This document shows, piece after piece, positions 1 through 6,138 of a stretch of 15,098 nt of DNA. A program made the position numbers and the translations under genes. The notes below the pieces were generated by a model. That model made no database searches. It saw only the letters and a program-made list of their open reading frames with translations, and was not told the origin of the DNA. Positions within the stretch are counted from its first letter, which is position 1. Every line of letters begins with the position of its first letter. Source of the stretch: a virus; the IMG/VR virus record IMGVR_UViG_3300045988_068227, positions 1 to 15,098 of that record; one strand, written 5' to 3'.

Positions 1-129
1 GGCTTTCGTTATTCCCAATGAGAACACGACCCCCATTTGGTTAAAAAACCACGAAAAAATACTTGACAAATAATAAGCTGTGTGTTATTATAATTATAGG
101 AACAATGAAACCACATAAAAATAAGGAGG
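1..129. repeat. Left inverted terminal repeat (74 bp perfect, imperfect to about 129)
   Basis: Bases 1-74 are the exact reverse complement of 15025-15098. My manual alignment continues to the AAGGAG at about 129 / 14972 with 7 mismatches and one 1-nt indel. Long ITRs are typical of protein-primed linear phage genomes. Confidence 0.9.
63..91 (+). promoter_or_regulatory. Early promoter inside the left ITR (sigmaA type, extended -10)
   Basis: TTGACA at 63-68, a 17-bp spacer ending in TGt, and TATTAT at 86-91 (part of TGTTATTATAAT). The first SD and ATG follow at 123-140. Confidence 0.75.
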
Positions 130-137
130 AAATTAAA

Positions 138-314
138 ATGACAGAAGCAAGATTGTATAATTTAGCTTATGAACAATTACTTGAAAATTTTGTTGAGGTG
201 TGTGACTGTGTTCTGTCACATCCTAATGATGAAGTAAAGCAATATGAAAAGGAGATTTTATGGACTGAGTTAGTTCAGCTTAAGTCAGAAATGAGAGATA
301 AAAATATTAATTAA
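138..314 (+). CDS. Hypothetical early protein (58 aa)
   Basis: The ORF track starts at TTG 63, but that TTG is the -35 box. In-frame ATG 138 lies 8 nt after AAGGAGG (123-129). No motif recognised. Confidence 0.6.
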   Translation: MTEARLYNLAYEQLLENFVEVCDCVLSHPNDEVKQYEKEILWTELVQLKSEMRDKNIN

Positions 315-327
315 GGAGGAATAAAAA

Positions 328-744
328 ATGAAAAAAATAAAGGTAGTAAGTATTGATACGATAGTGAATATGAAAGGTGGCAAGCCTTATTATGAAAACA
401 AGTATAGAGAAGTGGGGGATAAATGTTATCACATTGGATATAGTTCTTATAGTTTGGAAACTGCTCTTGAATATAAAGATGAATTTTTTGAGTTAGTAGA
501 AATAGAAAGTGACTTAGTTCCATTTAATGTAAAATACAAAGTAGTATTCGAAATATTTAAACAAGATATAGAGCTAGGGCTATACGATAAATCTTTAGTA
601 GCAGTGGCTATGCAAATTGGCAGACTATCTGCCTTTTTAGAGCTATCAGATTTTACAGAGGACGAGAAAGATAATGAAGAAAATAAATTGCGTGAATTAT
701 GCAATTGTTGGGAAAAAAGATATTATTCAAAGGAGGAAAAATAA
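328..744 (+). CDS. Hypothetical early protein (138 aa)
   Basis: GGAGG at 315-319 lies 8 nt before ATG 328. The acidic C-terminal part is EDEKDNEENK. No family recognised. Confidence 0.7.
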   Translation: MKKIKVVSIDTIVNMKGGKPYYENKYREVGDKCYHIGYSSYSLETALEYKDEFFELVEIESDLVPFNVKYKVVFEIFKQDIELGLYDKSLVAVAMQIGRLSAFLELSDFTEDEKDNEENKLRELCNCWEKRYYSKEEK

Positions 745-1176
745 ATGATTCAATACAGACTACATAATATTACCGATTTTGGCGTAGAAATCCACGACTT
801 TTACACTGAAAACTCATTAAACAACTACATAGCCTTATTTGTAGACCCTCCGTATTGGGTTGAAAATTTAGAAGCACATGAAAATGTGTATATAGGTTTT
901 GACGGTCATACAAAAGTAGTTACCACCGATAAACTAGATGACTTAAATGTTTCACGTGAAACATCACACGAAACTGAAATAGACTGGATAAAAAGGCACA
1001 CACCTATAGAAGAAGAAAAAGAACCATACACTAAACTAGAAAAGATATCTTCTTTCTTAGGTATTTTATTCGTCATTATCATGACAACTTTTTTATTATA
1101 TCTTTTCTTATCTTCTGTATCATTTATAGCAGAACATTTTTCAGAGTTTACTTGGAAAATTTTTAACATTTTATAA
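745..1176 (+). CDS. Hypothetical early membrane protein (C-terminal transmembrane segment)
   Basis: GGAGG at 732-736; ATG 745 abuts the TAA of the previous gene. A hydrophobic stretch, ISSFLGILFVIIMTTFLLYLFLSSVSFI (about aa 101-128), suggests a membrane anchor. The gene contains one copy of the 18-bp palindrome in its coding sequence. Confidence 0.7.
   Translation: MIQYRLHNITDFGVEIHDFYTENSLNNYIALFVDPPYWVENLEAHENVYIGFDGHTKVVTTDKLDDLNVSRETSHETEIDWIKRHTPIEEEKEPYTKLEKISSFLGILFVIIMTTFLLYLFLSSVSFIAEHFSEFTWKIFNIL
947..964. promoter_or_regulatory. 18-bp perfect palindrome ATGTTTCACGTGAAACAT, copy 1 (intragenic)
   Basis: Exact match read directly from the sequence. It encodes NVSRET within the 745-1176 ORF. 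Confidence 0.85.
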
Positions 1177-1189
1177 AGGAGGAAAACAG

Positions 1190-1384
1190 ATGGCAAAATT
1201 AACAAATCAATTACTACGATACAAAGTAATGTTTACAAAAGGTGGAACGGGCGGTTACACTGCTCGCGTCATGATACCAAAAGAAGCGATACGCGATTTA
1301 GACATTCACCCAGGAGATAGTATTGAGTATACACGTGTACCACATGGATTACTATTAAGAAAAGTGCAAAAGGAGGGAGATTAA
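1190..1384 (+). CDS. AbrB/SpoVT/MazE-type DNA-binding protein (64 aa), candidate transcriptional regulator
   Basis: AAGGAGG lies upstream of ATG 1190. The sequence YTARVMIPKEAIRDLDIHPGDSIEY fits the SpoVT-AbrB swapped-hairpin signature (xxIPkeirxxLgixxGDxvef). The gene is immediately upstream of the putative TP and polymerase genes. Confidence 0.7.
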   Translation: MAKLTNQLLRYKVMFTKGGTGGYTARVMIPKEAIRDLDIHPGDSIEYTRVPHGLLLRKVQKEGD

Positions 1385-1387
1385 AAG

Positions 1388-2095
1388 ATGGCAAATAAGC
1401 GTAGAAAAAAGAAACAAACAAAAGCCGAGATTATTCAAAAAGAATATTCTCATGAATACACTAAATATCTAGCACGTGTTAGAAATCAGCAAAAACAAGG
1501 TGTACAAGTAAAGATAATTAAACGAGTAAAAAATCCAATGCAAGCTTCGATTGATAGAATTAAAAAACAGACCGCAAAAGAAATACGAAAAAATGCGACG
1601 GTTGTTGATATGATTACAGGTGAGAAAATAACTCCTAAAGAATATGGTCGTAAACATGCACTTGAAAGAAATAGAGTTTTCATTAAATTAACGCCACAAG
1701 AACAGGAATATGCTCGGCTTCACGGTTATGATTTAAAAGAGTTAAAAGCGATACTAAAAAAGGGAATTAGAGTCAATATAGCAACACCTGTGTTAGACTA
1801 TGAACTCATTATTGATTCTTGGTATGATTCATTAGACAGTTTCCATCCAAAAGTAGCAACATTGTTAAGAGAAAAAACCGATGCACTGTTGTCAAATGCT
1901 ACAGAAAGAGATAGAGCGCTATTTGCGTATACCTATTCAAAAGCATCAGAAGCATTTCCAACAGAGTACTACATGGACAAAGCAACGGTTGACGCGGTGT
2001 TTTGGAATATATTGAAAAAGATGGGCGTCCTTAGTGTAACAAAAGACTTTCAAGATTTTATTCAAATGCTAGATATTGCTATAGAAGAAGAGTAA
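1388..2095 (+). CDS. Putative terminal protein (replication primer)
   Basis: The gene is directly upstream of, and apparently co-transcribed with, the protein-primed DNA polymerase, as gene 3 precedes gene 2 in phi29. It has a highly basic N-terminus (MANKRRKKKQTK) and an acidic C-terminus. I could not see direct sequence similarity to the phi29 TP, so the call rests on synteny and composition. Confidence 0.5.
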   Translation: MANKRRKKKQTKAEIIQKEYSHEYTKYLARVRNQQKQGVQVKIIKRVKNPMQASIDRIKKQTAKEIRKNATVVDMITGEKITPKEYGRKHALERNRVFIKLTPQEQEYARLHGYDLKELKAILKKGIRVNIATPVLDYELIIDSWYDSLDSFHPKVATLLREKTDALLSNATERDRALFAYTYSKASEAFPTEYYMDKATVDAVFWNILKKMGVLSVTKDFQDFIQMLDIAIEEE

Positions 2096-2111
2096 AAAAT
2101 GAGGTGATATA

Positions 2112-3998
2112 ATGTCACGAAAAAAGAAAGTAACCTTTTGGGCATGCGATTTTGAGACGACCGTGTGGGGCGAAAAAGTAGAACAGGAAAAACGCAAAAA
2201 ACAAGACAGTACAGAAGTATGGAGCGGAGCTGATGTAGCGTTATATGACGATACTGAAACTGTAACGATAACGCACTCTATAAGAGATTTCTTAAATAGA
2301 TTTTTAACAATGAACGGCAATAATATTTTATATTTTCACAACCTTGCATTTGATGGTTCTTTCATAGTTGATTTTCTATTGAAAGAGGGTTGGGAGTGGG
2401 TGCACTGTAAAGATAAAGAAATGCGTTCAAAGCAATTTCAGACCTGTATTTCAGATATGGGAACGTGGTATTGGGTTAAATTAAAATGGAATAAGACCTT
2501 TTTAGAGATTAGGAACTCGTTGAAGCTTATGCCCTCTTCGTTGAAAAATATAGGTAAATCGTTTGGCACAAAGCACCAAAAATTAGATATGGAATACGAG
2601 GGCGAAAGATACGCTTATTGTAATATATCAGAAGACGAGAAGAAATATATTGAAAATGATGTATTAGTGCTAAAAGAAGCATTAGAAATGATGTTCAATG
2701 AAAAACATGATAAACTAACGATAGGGTCATGTTGCTTAGCAGAGTTTAAAAGTTTTTATGAAAAGAAACAATATGATAAGTTGTTTCCCGATATTAGAGA
2801 GGATTACTTAGACGAAACAATAACAGGCGTATGGAATCAGTGGGATTATGTTCACAAGTCGTATCATGGCGGCTGGTGCTATGTCAACCCCCAATATGCT
2901 CATACTGTAGTAGGTGACGGTCATGTATATGATGTAAACTCTCTCTATCCATCTATGATGCATAGTATCAGCGGAAATAAATACCCATTTGGGCACGGGG
3001 AATATCATAGGGGAGCGCCACCCTATGAACTTATAAGTTCTACTAATAAATATTTTTTTATCCGCTTCAATTGCCGTTTTCAGTTGAAAAAAGGCGCGTT
3101 CCCATGGTTACATATTAGGCAGAGTGCATTATATAAAGCCAATGAAAATCTATATAGCTCGAATGTTAGATATAAAAGTGAATATTATCGGTATTATCGT
3201 GATATCGATGGACAGATGCATGATACAAATATTACCCTCACTATGACCTGTACTGACTGGGAGTTGTTCCAAGAAACATATGATATCTATGATTTAGTTA
3301 TTTATGATTATATATGGTTTTATGCAAGAGAGGGGTTTTTTGATGAATATATTAATAAATATGGAGAAGAGAAAAGAACTTCAAAAGGTTTTAAAAGGCA
3401 GAAAGCGAAACTCTTTTTAAATAATCTCTATGGAAAATTTGCCATGTCGGATAATTCCTCGTATAAAGAGCCTTATCTTGACGAAGATGGAATTATTAGA
3501 TTTATCTTGCACGAGGAACATGAGAAGAAAGTCGGCTATATTCCTATAGGTAGTGCTATTACTTCATATGCCATGAATTTTACAATCCGTCATGCTATGG
3601 CAAATTATGACCGCTTTTGCTATGCAGATACAGACTCTATACACTTGATAGGACTTGACAAAGCGAACAAGGTAGTTGAGCATCCAACTAATTTTTGTTG
3701 CTGGAAATGTGAAAGTACGTTCGATTTTGCATATTATGAGCGTCAAAAGACTTATGCAGAACATATAGTTGAAGAGAATCACGAGCCTTGTGAGCCTTAT
3801 CTTGATATAAAAGCGTGTGGCATGAGTAGTCAAGCGAAACGAAAATTTATCGAAGAGGGTAAAGACATCTCAGAGTTATCTAAAGGTCTGAATATGGAAT
3901 CTTGTAACTTAAAAGCAGAGCGCGTAAAAGGTGGGATTATATTAAGGAGTAAAGACTTTAAAATTCATGAACAAAAAGATAAAAAAATTATGATATAA
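2112..3998 (+). CDS. Family-B DNA polymerase, protein-primed (phi29 gp2-like)
   Basis: Motifs appear in canonical order: Exo I DFET, Exo II NLAFDGSF, Exo III YIENDV, YHGG, motif A DVNSLYPS, motif B KLFLNNLYGKF, motif C YADTDS, and KxY (QKTYAE). The long A-to-B and B-to-C spacings are consistent with TPR1/TPR2 insertions. Confidence 0.95.
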   Translation: MSRKKKVTFWACDFETTVWGEKVEQEKRKKQDSTEVWSGADVALYDDTETVTITHSIRDFLNRFLTMNGNNILYFHNLAFDGSFIVDFLLKEGWEWVHCKDKEMRSKQFQTCISDMGTWYWVKLKWNKTFLEIRNSLKLMPSSLKNIGKSFGTKHQKLDMEYEGERYAYCNISEDEKKYIENDVLVLKEALEMMFNEKHDKLTIGSCCLAEFKSFYEKKQYDKLFPDIREDYLDETITGVWNQWDYVHKSYHGGWCYVNPQYAHTVVGDGHVYDVNSLYPSMMHSISGNKYPFGHGEYHRGAPPYELISSTNKYFFIRFNCRFQLKKGAFPWLHIRQSALYKANENLYSSNVRYKSEYYRYYRDIDGQMHDTNITLTMTCTDWELFQETYDIYDLVIYDYIWFYAREGFFDEYINKYGEEKRTSKGFKRQKAKLFLNNLYGKFAMSDNSSYKEPYLDEDGIIRFILHEEHEKKVGYIPIGSAITSYAMNFTIRHAMANYDRFCYADTDSIHLIGLDKANKVVEHPTNFCCWKCESTFDFAYYERQKTYAEHIVEENHEPCEPYLDIKACGMSSQAKRKFIEEGKDISELSKGLNMESCNLKAERVKGGIILRSKDFKIHEQKDKKIMI

Positions 3999-4001
3999 TC
4001 C

Positions 4002-4030
4002 TTGACTATATTTAGTTGTTATGTTATTAT
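4002..4030 (+). promoter_or_regulatory. SigmaA-type promoter for the p6-like/SSB-like operon
   Basis: TTGACT at 4002-4007, a 17-bp spacer ending in TGt, and TATTAT at 4025-4030 (TGTTATTATAAT, the same box as the ITR promoters). Confidence 0.7.
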
Positions 4031-4098
4031 AATGTAATAAATAAAACATATTACATTACATTCACACTCACAAAAACAGAAAAAAGGAGGAAAACAAG

Positions 4099-4398
4099 AT
4101 GTTTACAAGAACATTAGTATCAGCGGAGGTTTCTGTACAAAGAATCTACAAAGACAAGGAGACGGGCGAAATCATTAAAGATTACTTTGAGGAAACATTG
4201 CCAAACTGTAAGACAAGAGATAAAGCGGAAATCTTGCTTGAACGACAGTACAAAGGCGATATTCTTTCCATTTTGGATATTAAATTCAAATTAGAGAAAC
4301 GCGCTATGACAGACGAACAGTTCTTACTTAATTCAGATGTCAAGAGCGAAAAAATTGTTACCGAAGCCGAGTTGCAGGAAATGAAAAAGGAAGATTAA
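4099..4398 (+). CDS. Putative histone-like dsDNA-binding protein (phi29 p6-like)
   Basis: AAAGGAGG lies upstream. Size (99 aa), the acidic tail, and colinear resemblance to my recollection of phi29 p6 support the call: ERQYKGDILSILDIK vs KRKYKGEPVQVVSVE, and MTDEQFLLNSDV vs LPVEKFLEVATV. This needs alignment to confirm. Confidence 0.45.
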   Translation: MFTRTLVSAEVSVQRIYKDKETGEIIKDYFEETLPNCKTRDKAEILLERQYKGDILSILDIKFKLEKRAMTDEQFLLNSDVKSEKIVTEAELQEMKKED

Positions 4399-4423
4399 AG
4401 GAAAAAACAGGAGGTAAATAACT

Positions 4424-4774
4424 ATGGTAGAAATTAAAGAAATGAGTAGAGAGTTCACAAAGGTCGAAAAGTACCTTATGACAACAGCACCTGACATTGA
4501 GCCGTTAAAAAACATTGCTGATGGTGAATGTATCCCAATTGACGGTTTTCTTATTTTTGACGATATTAAGGATAGTGGAGAAGTACAGGAGATTGTGAGC
4601 ATTATCACACCAGACAAAAAAGTATACTCTGGACAGTCCGCAACCTTTAGGCAGTCTTTGAAAGATATTGAAAGTGTTATGGACGATGAAAAATTTTCTA
4701 TCATTAAAATTAGCGGAAAGACAAAAGCAGGTCGCGATTATATTAATTGCACCTTAGACGTATCAAATTTATAA
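4424..4774 (+). CDS. Putative ssDNA-binding protein (phi29 p5-like)
   Basis: GGAGGT lies upstream. The 116-aa protein resembles my recollection of phi29 p5: LKNIADGECI vs FKNLPDGTII, IITPDKKVYSGQS vs TIFAADGSLYSAIS, and GKTKAGRDYINCTL vs GTSSKGNVFFSLQL. Unverified. Confidence 0.45.
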   Translation: MVEIKEMSREFTKVEKYLMTTAPDIEPLKNIADGECIPIDGFLIFDDIKDSGEVQEIVSIITPDKKVYSGQSATFRQSLKDIESVMDDEKFSIIKISGKTKAGRDYINCTLDVSNL

Positions 4775-4818
4775 TATGATGCCGTGGGAATACCATTTTA
4801 ATTCTCTTCTTATAAAGA

Positions 4819-4841
4819 GGTGGCTATATGCCACCTTTTTT
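4819..4841 (+). terminator. Rho-independent terminator
   Basis: A GGTGGC (4819-4824) / GCCACC (4830-4835) stem with a 5-nt loop, followed by TTTTTT (4836-4841). Confidence 0.8.
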
Positions 4842-4850
4842 ATAAAATAA

Positions 4851-4868
4851 ATGTTTCACGTGAAACAT
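4851..4868. promoter_or_regulatory. 18-bp perfect palindrome, copy 2
   Basis: Exact ATGTTTCACGTGAAACAT. It ends 4 nt before the GGAGG (4873-4877) of the ATPase gene. Confidence 0.85.
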
Positions 4869-4884
4869 GAATGGAGGTGCTAAA

Positions 4885-5931
4885 ATGATGAATGATGATT
4901 ATTATCATTGCGAGAGATTGCTAACCATGAAAGATAAATACGGGAACACACCTGACATTTTTATTGTAGATGGCAACAGAACAGCAGGAAAAAGCTATTC
5001 TATCAAATGTCGACAAGTTTCTGATTTTTTAAAAGATAAATACAGACCGGAAAACCAGTTCATCTATTTATACAGAAATGTTGTTGACATGAAAAATTGT
5101 GCGGACACCTATTTTGGGGATATCGCGGAAAAATTTGACGGTTATGTCATGACAGAAAAAAGCTTGATGCGTGGTGCGTTGGTGCAGTTATTTATTAATG
5201 AAGAGACATGCGGTTATTGTTTAGCTTTGTCGGTTGCTAGAAAATATAAAAAAATGCGTGGGTTGTTCGTCAACATTCGTTCTGTATTTTTTGACGAATA
5301 CCAAGATGAAGATAATATATATTTACCTAATGAAGTAAATAAACTGCTATCGTTGCTTACAACTATCAGTTCGGGTCACGGTAAACAGCACAGGAGAGTA
5401 ATTCTATATATGGCATCCAATACGGTATCATTGCTAAATCCTTATTATAGCGTATTTGGAATCAATAAAATGTTAAAGAGAGATACCAAATTTTTACGGG
5501 GTGATGGTTGGGTATTTGAGCGAACATATAATGAAAGCGCATCAACAGCGTATAAGGAAAGTGCTATTGCGCGAGCTTTTCGAGGTGCTGACTATAACGA
5601 ATACGCGAGCGAAAATAAATATCTAAATGACAATGAATGTCTGATTGGGAAACCATCAGGGCAGTCACGTTATATTTGTACAATTAAGTACAATGATAAT
5701 CTGTATAATGTCAGAAAATATGATGTATGTCTATATGTATCAACAGGGGCAGATGATAGTTTTCCGACACGGATTTGTTTCACAAAAACTGATGTGATAG
5801 ATAACACAGCTATTCGTGTCAACTCGACCCATTATATCGTTACGATGTTACGGGAATATTTTAACAGAGGCTTACTATTATTTGAAAATTTGGAGTGTAA
5901 GAACATGATATTTGATGTCATATCTTTTTAA
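4885..5931 (+). CDS. DNA encapsidation (packaging) ATPase, phi29 gp16-like
   Basis: Walker A GNRTAGKS and Walker B VFFDEY. Colinear with remembered gp16 blocks (QFIYxxR, IPNEV/LPNEV, SNxVSxxNPY). ATG 4885 lies 7 nt after GGAGG and is preferred to ATG 4867, which sits inside the palindrome. Confidence 0.92.
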   Translation: MMNDDYYHCERLLTMKDKYGNTPDIFIVDGNRTAGKSYSIKCRQVSDFLKDKYRPENQFIYLYRNVVDMKNCADTYFGDIAEKFDGYVMTEKSLMRGALVQLFINEETCGYCLALSVARKYKKMRGLFVNIRSVFFDEYQDEDNIYLPNEVNKLLSLLTTISSGHGKQHRRVILYMASNTVSLLNPYYSVFGINKMLKRDTKFLRGDGWVFERTYNESASTAYKESAIARAFRGADYNEYASENKYLNDNECLIGKPSGQSRYICTIKYNDNLYNVRKYDVCLYVSTGADDSFPTRICFTKTDVIDNTAIRVNSTHYIVTMLREYFNRGLLLFENLECKNMIFDVISF

Positions 5932-5948
5932 TGTTTCACGTGAAACAT
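5931..5948. promoter_or_regulatory. 18-bp perfect palindrome, copy 3 (abuts a -35 box)
   Basis: Exact copy that starts at the last base of the ATPase stop codon. Its last T is the first T of TTGACA at 5948-5953. The 20-bp form AATGTTTCACGTGAAACATT spans 5930-5949. Confidence 0.85.
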
Positions 5949-5976
5949 TGACATTTTAAATAATCTGTGTTATTAT
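5948..5976 (+). promoter_or_regulatory. Consensus sigmaA promoter driving the non-coding island
   Basis: TTGACA at 5948-5953, a 17-bp spacer ending in TGt, and TATTAT at 5971-5976 (CTGTGTTATTATAAT, nearly identical to the ITR promoter). Confidence 0.75.
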
Positions 5977-5982
5977 AATATT

Positions 5983-6138
5983 GTACCCAAAATAATGCGA
6001 ACATTGTAATTGATATACACGCACATAGACAAGCAGTCTGATATCAATTTTTTGGCTTTGCGTTCCCTTTGATTCGATTATTTTGTAAAGTACAATATGT
6101 TTCACGTGGACAATGTTTCACGTGAAACATTTTTATTT
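5983..6138 (+). ncRNA. Candidate structured non-coding RNA (pRNA-like); core 5983-6096
   Basis: There is no ORF or SD between 5932 and 6170. The promoter lies directly upstream. The 5' and 3' ends pair (5981-6001 with 6073-6095), and there are internal helices plus complementary loops. The palindrome hairpin at 6113-6130 followed by TTTTATTT could terminate the transcript. See the finding for details. Confidence 0.45.
6097..6130. promoter_or_regulatory. Tandem palindromes: degenerate copy (6097-6114) plus perfect copy 4 (6113-6130)
   Basis: 6097-6114 reads ATGTTTCACGTGGACAAT (3 mismatches). 6113-6130 is exact. The two overlap by 2 nt and lie 5 nt upstream of the TTTACA -35 box. Confidence 0.85.

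Noticed and set aside
63-137. The N-terminal extension of the first ORF, starting at TTG 63
   Set aside because: TTG 63 is the first half of the TTGACA -35 box, so it would not be transcribed. ATG 138 has a perfect SD at the correct spacing.
1330-1339. The 10-bp palindrome TACACGTGTA in the AbrB-like gene, and CACGTG at 1473-1478, as further operator copies
   Set aside because: They share only the 6-bp core with the 18-bp element, and the flanks do not match. They are mentioned as possibly relevant but are too short to call.
2105-2113. Extended -10-like TGATATAAT at 2105-2113, with a similar site at 3991-3999
   Set aside because: No -35 element lies 17 bp upstream of either. The first overlaps the polymerase SD and start codon, so a start site would fall inside the gene. 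The second sits 11 bp upstream of the much better promoter at 4002-4030. Both probably reflect AT-rich junction sequence.
4851-4868. The 18-bp palindromes as ordinary rho-independent terminators
   Set aside because: - The RNA stem would be only 7 bp and AU-rich.
- Only the 6113-6130 copy is followed by a real U-run.
- The 4851 and 5931 copies are followed by GAATGG and TGACAT.
- Exact 18-20 bp identity across copies is not needed for termination.

A terminator role is kept only as a possibility for the 6113-6130 copy.
5931-5948. The palindrome as a binding site for a known host factor (Rex box, cre/CcpA, LexA Cheo box, TnrA/GlnR, Fnr/Crp-type)
   Set aside because: Half-site sequence, orientation and spacing do not fit any of these consensus sites as I remember them. 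For example, Rex is GTGAA-N-TTCAC, the opposite arrangement, and cre is 14 bp with a central CG. The CACGTG core is also a type II restriction site (PmlI class), but enrichment of a restriction target in a phage is the opposite of what would be expected.
5995-6009. A mini-ORF, ATG CGA ACA TTG TAA, within the non-coding island
   Set aside because: It has four codons and no SD, and it lies inside the predicted closing helix of the RNA.
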